Shown one piece after another: positions 52,731 through 64,000 of a DNA stretch of 64,000 bases (within the stretch, counting starts at the first letter, position 1; each line of letters begins with the position of its first letter). Under the pieces are notes generated by a model. It was not told the DNA's origin, ran no database searches, and worked only from the letters and a program-made list of their open reading frames with translations. Made by a program: the position numbers and the translations under genes. The stretch covers positions 40,300,001 to 40,364,000 of the forward strand of contig OZ024741.1 in NCBI GenBank assembly GCA_964016885.1, written 5' to 3'. Origin of the DNA: Eledone cirrhosa (Eukaryota).

Positions 52731-55194
52731 TAATGAATTTCACATCAAACAAATAGCAGTCACTTCAAAGAGGGAAGACGCATTGTATAATATATTTGAT
52801 ACTGAAAAGAAAGACGTTGTAATCACGACTGGAATGTCTTTCAGCATAGGTTCCTCAGTTGGGAAGAGGAAGGGAGAAGGTTTTCTCAAACCGGAGACAT
52901 GACCTAAATGCTTGCAAAAGAGTGAACTCTGCAAAAGGCATCTAAAGACTGTGTGGGCCGTGCTAAACCGGGTGACTAGTTAAATCTACAATTATTTGAA
53001 CTCAGACCTCGTCGGATAAAACACCGCAAGTTATTGCGTCCGAGTCTTTAACATTGCTACCAATCCATTGCCCTCTACCGGGAGCAGGATTTCAACCCAA
53101 ATATCAGAGAGCCAGAACAAATACCGCAAGACATTTTATCATAAGCTTTAACTACTCTCAGATCAGCAAATATTTGATCATTTACTGTCTATTTTCGCTT
53201 GTGTCCACAATTTAGTTTGATGAGAGAATTAACTTTTATTGTGATTAGTCTATCACTGTCAGTGACCATTTAACACCTAATGCAGTCGTATGGGCGCCGC
53301 GTGTCTTCCACATTTTAAAGCAAGCGACGCCCATCACACTCCAGGTTAAAACATAGCCGATTTCTTCCAGAGAGAAAAAAGACCCTAGTACTGGTACTTT
53401 ATTTATCCACATTCAAAGAATAAAACGCAAAATTGGTCTTGGCGAGATTTGAACTCAGAACGACAAGAGCCGAAAAAAATAGCAACCAATATACTTTCCA
53501 ACATTTTAATGGTTGCCAATATGTCACCTTCTAAATGAGATAACAGCGAGAACAAATAATAAGAACGATGAGAACATTCTAGGTGTCACACACCTCTTCA
53601 CACACACACAAAGGCACGCACACGCACTCATATACACACACACACACACATAACACATACACAAACACGCACACATACGTCTTGCATCCACAACTACACC
53701 TACTTACGATATGTGCACGTATATATAACTATATACACACACACATGCCAACACACTTGTATATGACAATATATTGGCATTTGGCAAGAAACTGATATTA
53801 TACCTAATTTATTCATCTCCTATATATCATATATGTGGGTGGGGGGGGGTAAAGTGTAAATACATAGGTACATAATCGCTACAAATATCCAAAGTTTTGA
53901 TTACTACTGTAATGTATATATATATATATATATATATTCATACATACATGCATGCACACACACACACACACGCACATATATATATATACAAATACAACAG
54001 TAATCTGAAGGCAGGATTTTTGTGGTGATTGTAAAGACATAAACATTTACGGGATTTTCGTTTTTATGATAATGACTTGCCGCTTGCTTATAAACTTAAA
54101 AGTATTAAGCCTGTAAAAATACACAGACAATACTACATACATTTATATATATATATATACGCATATATATGAGTGTGTATATTAAAGCTTTGCATTCTTA
54201 AGTGGATTATTTCCCTTTTGACCTTATTATCCAACTAAATACATCAAGCTCACTTTCAAACGCTTTTCACTATCAGATTGCGCACGCACTGCAGATTTAT
54301 TTCCAGGGAAGTTAAATCCAACAAATAGACTTATATTTGTATCTTGAAGCTCTAGACTAAACGCTGTTATATCGGTTTAGATTATGGAGGATTAAAGAAA
54401 CGAGACAACAAGCAACGTCATATTTGAGAATCTGTATGCTTTGTAAAGAGCAAAATCCAATCATAATGCATATTATAGCCACGACCTATCTAAGATCCAA
54501 TCTCTACAATATTTTTACATTTAATTGATATTCACTCTATGTAGTTGACTTATCTTATTAACAATAATTACTCTAGTATTAACTTACTTAACGTAACGAG
54601 CATTAAAAATCTAATTAGAGATATTAATGTGGTGAGGAAAATTTAATATATTATTGACTCAATGACTGGTAATTAGATGTCTTAATCATTTATTTCAAGT
54701 ACGGGAGATGACTCCGTACATGTTACCCTCATATTAAACCTTCTCAGCGAAGTCTGGACTGCACTATTCTATTGGTAATCTTGTAAGCCTGTACTGCCTA
54801 TTTCAAGAACGGGCTGTCGGCATCTAAACAGGCAACACACCTGTGTAAATGGTAGCCAACAAAACAATATCTTTATTAAAAGAACTCAACAAGGAATCAT
54901 CAGCCTTCCATTAAACTTACAAACAATTATGGTTTTAGGGCCATTATGGTTTTAGGGCTGACTCTCTTTGGAAGCACTGCATTATCGGAAACGATAGATG
55001 CGTGCCATTCAATAGTTTTTTTAAAAAACTGCTTAGTGAGGGAGAGAATGGTAGTGCCCATGAGCTTTTTAAGGGCCTCCGAGTCTAGTTGGAAAGAAAA
55101 CGAAAGTTATCTTCATATTGGAGACCTGACCTAAGGCTTACAACAAAGTAAACTCCGCTAAAGACCCCAAGGGGTGATAGACGTAGAATAGTGT

Positions 55195-55925
55195 GAAGGA
55201 GCATAGTTTTGTTGTTAGGATGTCCGACTCACTATCGTAAGATCATGAATTCGATTCTCGGCGGTGCATTGTGTCCTTGAGCAAGATACTTCATTTCATA
55301 TTGCTTCAGTTCACACAGCTTACAAACATGTGTTGTACCTATAGTTCAAAGGATCAGCGTTGTCACACGTTGCGCTACGCAGAATCTCCCCGAGAACTAC
55401 GTTATGGCTACACGTCTCTGGTTAATGCTCAGCCACTTGCACGTTAATTTTACGGGAAAGTTGTTACGTTGATCGAATCAAATGGAACACCTGTCATTGG
55501 AACCGATGGCGGTCCAACAACAACGATTGTACACGTGTATCCGTGAAAAAAATATTATATTATTATAAACGTGTGTATATTATATGTATGTATATGTGTT
55601 GTGAAGGCGCATAGTTTAATGGTTAGAGTATTGGACTTGCAATTCAGAGGTTGTGAGTTCGATTCTCCGACCAGGTGATGCGTTGTGTCCTTGAGCAAGA
55701 CACTTTATTTCAGGTTGCTCCAGTTTACTCAGCTACAGAAATAAGTTGCGACTTCACTGGTGTCAAGCTGTATCCGTCATTGTCTTTCCCTTGGACAACA
55801 TCTGTGGCGTGGAGAGGGGAGACTGGTATGCATGGGCGACTGCTGGTCTTCCACAAACAACCTTGCCCAGGCTTGTGCCTCGGAGGGAAACTTTGTAGGT
55901 GCAAAACCATGGTCATTCTTGACCG
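55195..55925 (+). mobile_element. Two tRNA-derived SINE family B copies (about 55195-55520 and 55603-55925)
   Basis: tRNA-like heads with B box GAGTTCGATTC, followed by the CORE-like TGTGTCCTTGAGCAAGACACTT. Confidence 0.8.
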
Positions 55926-55979
55926 AGTGTGGCTTTAATATGAGGTGTGGTAAATAAATATATATACATATACAACAGG

Positions 55980-56260
55980 TCCGAACACAATGGAACCAAA
56001 CTCTCACAGTCACTGCCTCCATCTCCCCTGCTCTCCCCATCGCTCACTATTATAAGCAAATGAGGGCCGAGGCGCTAGCCGCCCCGCAGCCCCGGCAGAT
56101 AGAATCGAGAAGGCGATTCCTCGGAGGATGGTGAAAGAGACGCGCTGCAAGAGCTATTCCAGCTCGTGAGGCTCACACCTGCGGGTAACCAACTCTGTGC
56201 CTATGGTGGTGAGTAGGGTGGTGGTCCTAAGGCCAAGGGCACCAGAAGTTTCCACTGCTA
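55980..56260 (-). mobile_element. CRE-like retrotransposon extreme 3' fragment
   Basis: Minus strand LAVETSGALG..IGTELVTRRCEPHELE*LLQRVSFTILRGIAFSIL. Confidence 0.75.
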
Positions 56261-56711
56261 AATTATCATAAAGTGTTGAGGAATTATATAAAAGAAAAAG
56301 AATTTAAGAATTCCCCGATCTTAATCTAAATTTCTTCTGTTGGATAATTATAGTTTTTGATATTTGAATACAATAAATTTCATATATAGAGTTTTATGAG
56401 GATCAATATCCCATCGTTGTTTATATGTTTATATATAAATAGCGTTTTGTTTAATTGCGGTCCTGTCAAATTAATGGTCATTTAGATAGTCGCTCATTTC
56501 ATAACCAATTGTTCTGTTTAATTAGTTTCACATACACATACAGATACATACACATACACACGTATACACATACAGACATACATACATAACATAGGCACAC
56601 ACACATACACATACATACACATAAATACATATACACACATATACACACATACACACATAACATATACACACGCGTACACACACGTACACATGCATACACA
56701 TAAATACACAC

Positions 56712-56742
<31 letters not shown>

Positions 56743-56780
56743 GTTGATACGTGTGTATCTGCACATGTATATATAAGTAC

Positions 56781-56881
56781 GGGCGCAGACGTAGTTGTGT
56801 GGCTATGTGATTTGCTTCGCAACCACATAGTTTCGAGTTCACTCTCATAGCGTGGCACCTTGATCTTCTATTATTGCCTCC
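56781..56881 (+). mobile_element. Older tRNA-derived SINE (family C), interrupted; resumes at about 58840-58877
   Basis: GGCGCAGACGTAGTTGTGTGG..TTGCTTCGCAACCACATAGTTTCGAGTTCA..GCGTGGCACCTTG..TCTTCTA, a tRNA-like head. Confidence 0.65.
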
Positions 56882-56887
56882 AAAAAG

Positions 56888-58680
56888 GGCGGTGGATTGG
56901 CAGAATTGGTAAGGGTCTGACGACATGGCGGTGGATTGGCAGAATTGATAAGGGTCTGACGCCTTGGCGGTGGATTGGCAGAATTGGTAAGGGTCTGACG
57001 ACATGGCGGTGGATTGGCAGTATCGGTAAGGGTCTGACGCCATGGCGGTGGATTGGCAGTATTGGTAAGGGTCTGACGACATGGCGGTGGATTGGCAGTA
57101 TCGGTAAGGGTCTGACGCCTTGGCGGTGGATTGGCAGTATTGGTAAGGGTCTGACGCCATGGCGGTGGATTGGCAGTATCGGTAAGGGTCTGACGCCATG
57201 GCGGTGGATTGGCAGAATTGGTAAGGGTCTGACGACATGGCGGTGGATTGGCAGTATCGGTAAGGGTCTGACGCCATGGCGGTGGATTGGCAGTATTGGT
57301 AAGGGTCTGACGCCATGGCGGTGGATTGGCAGTATTGGTAAGGGTCTGACGCCATGGCGGTGGATTGGCAGTATTGGTAAGGGTCTGACGCCTTGGCGGT
57401 GGATTGGCAGTATTGGTAAGGGTCTGACGCCATGGCGGTGGATTGGCAGAATTGGTAAGGGTCTGACGCCATGGCGGTGGATTGGCAGAATTGGTAAGGG
57501 TCTGACGCCATGGCGGTGGATTGGCAGAATTGGTAAGGGTCTGACGCCATGGCGGTGGATTGGCAGTATTGGTAAGGGTCTGACGCCATGGCGGTGGATT
57601 GGCAGAATCGGTAAGGGTCTGACGCCATGGCGGTGGATTGGCAGTATCGGTAAGGGTCTGACGCCTTGGCGGTGGATTGGCAGTATTGGTAAGGGTCTGA
57701 CGCCATGGCGGTGGATTGGCAGAATTGGTAAGGGTCTGACGCCATGGCGGTGGATTGGCAGTATTGGTAAGGGTCTGACGCCATGGCGGTGGATTGGCAG
57801 TATCGGTAAGGGTCTGACGCCATGGCGGTGGATTGGCAGTATTGGTAAGGGTCTGACGCCATGGCGGTGGATTGGCAGTATTGGTAAGGGTCTGACGCCA
57901 TGGCGGTGGATTGGCAGAATTGGTAAGGGTCTGACGCCATGGCGGTGGATTGGCAGTATTGGTAAGGGTCTGACGCCATGGCGGTGGATTGGCAGTATCG
58001 GTAAGGGTCTGACGCCATGGCGGTGGATTGGCAGTATTGGTAAGGGTCTGACGCCATGGCGGTGGATTGGCAGTATTGGTAAGGGTCTGACGCCATGGCG
58101 GTGGATTGGTAGTATTGGTAAGGGTCTGACGCCATGGCGGTGGATTGGCAGTATTGGTAAGGGTCTGACGCCATGGCGGTGGATTGGCAGTATTGGTAAG
58201 GGTCTGACGCCATGGCGGTGGATTGGCAGTATCGTAAGGGTCTGACGCCATGGCAGTGGATTGGCAGTATTGGTAAGGGTCTGACGCCATGGCGGTGGAT
58301 TGGCAGTATTGGTAAGGGTCTGACGCCTTGGCGGTGGATTGGCAGTATCGGTAAGGGTCTGACGCCATGGCGGTGGATTGGCAGTATTGGTAAGGGTCTG
58401 ACGCCATGGCGGTGGATTGGCAGTATTGGTAAGGGTCTGACGCCATGGCGGTGGATTGGCAGTATTGGTAAGGGTCTGACGCCATGGCGGTGGATTGGCA
58501 GTATCGGTAAGGGTCTGACGCCTTGGCGGTGGATTGGCAGTATTGGTAAGGGTCTGACGCCATGGCGGTGGATTGGCAGAATTGGTAAGGGTCTGACGCC
58601 TTGGCGGTGGATTGGCAGTATTGGTAAGGGTCTGACGCCATGGCGGTGGATTGGCAGTATCGGTAAGGGTCTGACGCCAT
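56888..58680 (+). repeat. 39-bp minisatellite, 46 copies, derived from the SINE family A head
   Basis: Unit GGCGGTGGATTGGCAGTATTGGTAAGGGTCTGACGCCAT; 1793 bp equals 46x39 minus a 1-nt deletion at about 58233. Confidence 0.95.
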
Positions 58681-58832
58681 GCTTTGCAGCAAAGAGTTAC
58701 GGCCTTTTATTGTCTGAGTTCAAATCCCGCCGATGTTAACTTTGCCTTTCATCCTTACGGGGTCGATAAAATAAAGTACCAGTAATACACTGGGATATTT
58801 GCTGGCCTTGTGCCAAAAGTAGAAACAATTAT
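58642..58832 (+). mobile_element. Full SINE family A copy terminating the array
   Basis: Last 39-bp unit runs directly into B box, body and tail; ATTATTGCCTCC at 56870-56881 and 58828-58839. Confidence 0.92.
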
Positions 58833-59027
58833 TGCCTCCCTTTGACAAATGTTTGCATGTGAAATTGGTAGGCAAAAATATTACAGGTGAATTCAAACAG
58901 GAATACTATATTATATCTTTAAATGTTAAGGTTCCGAAGATCTCTGTAAAAGTGAAACATAATTATTTTGCTTAAACTTATAGTCTCGAATAAATGAATA
59001 ATTTCTCTGTGTTTGTAAATGTATATA

Positions 59028-59129
59028 TAGGGTGTCTCCCAAAAATATATACACACTTCAATAGCATTCTAATAAATATTGCCTGTACATGTAATCAAAA
59101 TGTGTATACATTTTTGGGGACACACTGTA
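59028..59129. mobile_element. Tc1/mariner-type MITE
   Basis: TA-flanked TIRs AGGGTGTCTCCCAAAAATATATACAC and GTGTATACATTTTTGGGGACACACTG. Confidence 0.65.
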
Positions 59130-59351
59130 TGTATAAGTCGAGTACTGGGGTTGATTCTTCCACACTATCTTTTTCTCGTTTGCACTTTCTCTTTCTTCAG
59201 AAGAAATCAGCTATGTTCACACCTGGAGAAAGATAAGTACCTCCAGGTTTAAATGTCCAAGACACGCCATATATCACGACGGCACCTCAATGGCACCATC
59301 ATAAGTTAAGGCACATGACATGACTGTGTACATAGAAATGATCTCCTAGAA

Positions 59352-59683
59352 CAGAGGTTCTCAAACATTCGGGGCCACCCCCACCCCCACGGCCACGTAA
59401 TACCCTCACCCTCCACACCCCTATTTCCAGAGAGAGACCTAACTACACACAAATTGTAAATAATATATAATAAATAAAATCGTTAATTTACATATAATAA
59501 ATAATATAATATATACTATGTATAAATAAATATTATATATTTATTATTTTACTATATTTATATATAATATGTATCATTTGATATCTAATATACTATTATA
59601 TCATCTCTACCGAACACCCCCCCCCCCCCCACACACACACACACACCGACCCTAGAGGCATCAACGCCTCCTGAGAACCTCTG
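59352..59683. mobile_element. hAT (Charlie-type) MITE
   Basis: TIRs CAGAGGTTCTCA/TGAGAACCTCTG; 8-bp TSD TCCTAGAA/TTCTAGAA matching the NTCTAGAN preference. Confidence 0.88.
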
Positions 59684-59954
59684 TTCTAGAAGTATCTGTA
59701 AACAATTAAAATGTTTAAGTGATTGGCAGAAGAAGCTGATAGGTATTTGTGTTTTATATTGCAATGCATGAATGGTCCCGTAACTCTTGACGGAGTCGTA
59801 GGAGCGCTGTATTGACATACTGCGTGTCCTACGGCATATTAAAACTTGGTGGAACACGTCTCCCCTTCAGGTCTGAATATAGCAGATTTCTTCCACTGAA
59901 GGATAGAGTAAGAGAATGGAAGTGAGAAAGAGATATAGAGGAAGAATTGATTCC

Positions 59955-60105
59955 AGTACATAGCTGGTACTTTTTTTATCGACCTCGAATGAATGAAAGG
60001 TAAAGTTGACCTCGGCGGGATTTGAACTCAAAGAGCAGAAAACCCAAACAAAAACTGCAAATCATTCTAACCGACGTTCTAACGACTCTGCCAATTCGAC
60101 ACCTC
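59955..60105 (-). mobile_element. SINE family A, diverged
   Basis: Reverse-complement body with B box; further diverged copies at about 52995-53160 and 53385-53530. Confidence 0.75.
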
Positions 60106-60334
60106 ATATATTGTAATACATTTGTTATTTACAGATATTTCTTCAATATAATAGTATATAGTTGTATAGTTGATGCTAGAATCTGGAGTTGGTAATATAA
60201 GTAAAAGGTGGCAACTGATACACATAGCTACAGACACACACACAGACACACACACGCACGCACTCACAGATACATTTCTATGTATATGCACACACACACA
60301 AACACACACACACACACACACACACGCGTATACA

Positions 60335-60405
<71 letters not shown>

Positions 60406-60710
60406 TATAACGAAGGAATTGTGGTAAGGAACCAGATGCACCATAACGCACCAGAGTACTCAATACTTAGGGTAGTAGAGTGGGTAATAGGAAAAAGTAT
60501 GACCCCGACGGCAGAGCTCATGCGGTCGAGGTCATACTTTTTCCTATATATGTATATATATATATATCAGAATAGAACCAATTTAAAACTAGTTAGACCA
60601 TTACTCAACAGAGTACTCGATACTTGGAGTAGTAGAGTATGGTTATATTATTAAAAGTTGGAACACAACGGCGGGACTCTCAACTGCCGTGTTCCGACTC
60701 CCTATAATAA

Positions 60711-60808
<98 letters not shown>

Positions 60809-60809
<1 letters not shown>

Positions 60810-61010
60810 GTCCACTTCCTAGTGCCGGATGACAGGATGGAGAATGCATTGTCCCGGATGACCGTGCGGGAAATGCACTGGAACAACCACTCCACATCGC
60901 GGGGCTCGCACCTACGAACAGCCAACTCCGCTCCGATATCAGTGAAGAGGGATGTGGTCTGGAGGGCCAAGAACACCGTAAGTCTCCACTGCTCCAGGGT
61001 GTACTTGCAT
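60809..61010 (-). mobile_element. CRE-like retrotransposon 3' fragment
   Basis: Minus strand AVETYGVLG..TTSLFTDIGAELAVRRCEPRDVEWLFQCISRTVIRDNAFSILS; homologous to 55980-56260. Confidence 0.78.
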
Positions 61011-61445
61011 ACCCATTTGACGTAGAAGCCTTCAGAGGTGTGAAAGTATACAGTAAATAGACGAAGGTCGCATGAAAAATCAGGTAATACACCATACAGC
61101 ATATGATGGGTACTTATATATAATGGAACATTGAAAGTAAGAACAGAACTGCGACAGAAAGATAGACATATAGGAGGAGAAAGACAGAGTGGGAGCGGGA
61201 GATAGAGAGCTCTGAGAAAGCAGGAGAGGAAAAGGATTAAGTATTTTTAAAGAGAATAAGGAGTAGGGTGTTTCTTGGTTTCTCGACTCGTCTACTTCTC
61301 ATAAATAAATGAATAAATAAATAAATAACTTAAATAAATAAATATAAACGGCAGTTCTTATGACGTTTTCCCGTTTGACCTCAATTAAAAATATTATAAT
61401 GCTAGCACCAGTATAACAACAACAACAACAACATCAACAACAAAG

Positions 61446-61493
<48 letters not shown>

Positions 61494-61588
61494 GCAGCAG
61501 CAACAACAACAACAACAACAGCCGTAACCACAGACATATCCACCACAATCAAAGAATTAACCACATCCTTTCGTCCATCCTCATTATC

Positions 61589-64000
61589 ATCAACACCGCA
61601 ACAGCATCACTATCAAGGCCATCAACACCACAACAGCATCACTATCAAGGCCATCAACACCACAACAACATCACTATCAAGGCCATCAACACCACAACAG
61701 CATCACTATCAAGGCCATCAACACCGCAACAGCATCACTATCAAGGCCATCAACACCACAACAGAATCACTATCAAGGCCATCAACACCACAACAACATC
61801 ACTATCAAGGCCATCAACACCACAACAGCATCACTATCAAGGCCATCAACACCACAACAGAATCACTATCAAGGCCATCAACACCATAACAGCATCACTA
61901 TCAAGGCCATCAACACCACAACAACATCACTATCAAGGCCATCAACATCAACAACAGCATCACTATCAAGGCCATCAACATCAACAACAGCATCACTATC
62001 AAGGCCATCAACACCACAACAGCATCACTATCAAGGCCATCAACACCACAACAGAATCACTATCAAGGCCATCAACACCACAACAGCATCACTATCAAGG
62101 CCATCAACACCACAACAAGATCACTATCAAGGCCATCAACACCACAACAGCATCACTATCAAGGCCATCAACACCACAACAAGATCACTATCGAGGCCAT
62201 CAACATCACAACAGCATCACTATCAAGGCCATCAACACCACATCAGCATCACTATCAAGGTCATCAACACCACAACAGCATCACTATCAAGGCCATCAAC
62301 ATCAACATCAGCATCACTATCGAGGCCATCAACACCACAACAGCATCACTATCAAGGCCATCAACACCACAACAGCATCACTATCAGGGCCATCAACATC
62401 AACATCAGCATCACTATCAAGGTCATCAACACCACAACAGCATCACTATCAAGGCCATCAACATCAACATCAGCATCACTATCAAGGTCATCAACACCAC
62501 AACAGCATCACTATCAAGGCCATCAACACCACAACAGCATCACTATCAAGGCCATCAACATCAACAACAGCATCACTATCAAGGTCATCAACACCACAAC
62601 AGCATCACTATCAAGGCCATCAACATCAACATCAGCATCACTATCAAGGTCATCAACACCACAACAGCATCACTATCGAGGCCATCAACACCACAACAGC
62701 ATCACTATCAAGGCCATCAACATCAACATCAGCATCACTATCAAGGTCATCAACACCACAACAGCATCACTATCAAGGCCATCAACACCACAACAGCATC
62801 ACTATCAAGGTCATCAACACCACAACAGCATCACTATCGAGGCCATCAACACCACAACAGCATCACTATCAAGGCCATCAACACCACAACAGCATCACTA
62901 TCAAGGCCATCAACATCAACAACAGCATCACTATCAAGGCCATCAACATCAACATTAGCATCACTATCGAGGCCATCAACACCACAACAGCATCACTATC
63001 AAGGCCATCAACACCACAACAGCATCACTATCAAGGCCATCAACACCACAACAGCATCACTATCAAGCCCGTCAACATCAACAACAGCATCACTATCAAG
63101 GTCATCAACATCAACAACAGCATCACTATCGAGGCCATCGACACCACAACAGCATCACTATCAAGGTCATCAACACCACAACAGCATCACTATCAAGGCC
63201 ATCAACACCACAACAGCATCACTATCAAGGCCATCAACATCAACAACAGCATCACTATCAAGGTCATCAACACCACAACAGCATCATTATCAAGGCCATC
63301 AACACCACAACAGCATCACTATCAAGGCCATCAACACCACAGCGGCATCACTATCAAGGCCATCAACATCAACAACAGCATCACTATCAAGGCCATCAAC
63401 ATCAACATTAGCATCACTATCGAGGCCATCAACACCACAACAGCATCACTATCAAGGCCATCAACATCAGCATCACTATCAAGGTCATCAACACCACAAC
63501 AGCATCACTATCAAGGTCATCAACACCACAACAGCATCACTATCAAGGCCATCAACACCACAACAGCATCACTATCAAGGCCATCAACATCAACAACAGC
63601 ATCACTATCAAGGTCATCAACACCACAACAGCATCACTATCAAGGCCATCAACACCACAACAGCATCACTATCAAGGCCATCAACATCAACAACAGCATC
63701 ACTATCAAGGCCATCAACACCACAACAGCATCACTATCAAGGTCATCAACACCACAACAGCATCACTATCAAGGCCATCAACACCACAACAGCGTCACTA
63801 TCAAGGCCATCAACATCAACAACAGCATCACTATCAAGGTCATCAACACCACAACAGCATCACTATCAAGGCAAATCAACACCACAACAGCATCACTATC
63901 AAGGCCATCAACATCAGCAACAGCATCACTATCAAGGCCATCAACATCAACATTAGCATCACTATCGAGGCCATCAACACCACAACAGCATCACTATCAA
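61589..64000. repeat. 32/33-bp minisatellite, about 75 copies, running off the window end
   Basis: Unit ATCAACACCACAACAGCATCACTATCAAGGCC with 33-bp variant ATCAACATCAACAACAGC... Confidence 0.95.

Noticed and set aside
56528-58739. Long ORFs of 561, 615 and 461 aa with 13-aa repeats
   Set aside because: They result from a stop-free 39-bp unit derived from a SINE head; they are open on both strands and have no unique domain.
56888-64000. CRISPR-like appearance of the 39-bp and 32-bp arrays
   Set aside because: Units are contiguous with no unique spacers, there are no cas genes, and the context is eukaryotic.

Overview
Repeat-dominated animal DNA with no supportable host gene exon, probably intronic or intergenic. 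The SINE families and extreme (TA)n/(CA)n/(GATA)n density suggest an octopus or other coleoid cephalopod (inference). Nearly all ORFs in the track are microsatellite artefacts. Real coding sequence is limited to decayed retroelements: five Penelope-like elements (PLEs, RT and/or GIY-YIG), two L1/Tx1-like LINEs, and RTE, CR1-like and CRE-like 3' fragments. There are also many tRNA-derived SINEs, Tc1/mariner and hAT MITEs, and two probable non-autonomous Helitrons. The notable hidden layer is RNA structure. About ten minimal type I hammerhead ribozyme (HHR) motifs can be read by eye. Most cap PLE 3' ends, but two lie in non-coding, hairpin-rich, terminally redundant units that look like retrozymes (circular-RNA-producing retroelements): a 469-nt monomer at 35.4-36.2 kb and a 317-nt monomer at 15.96-16.3 kb. 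Other oddities are a complete tRNA-like Pol III unit inside a fold-back (42.6-42.8 kb), a SINE whose A-box head is amplified 46 times inside one TSD (56.9-58.8 kb), and several long palindromes. All structures were assigned manually; no folding or database search was run.
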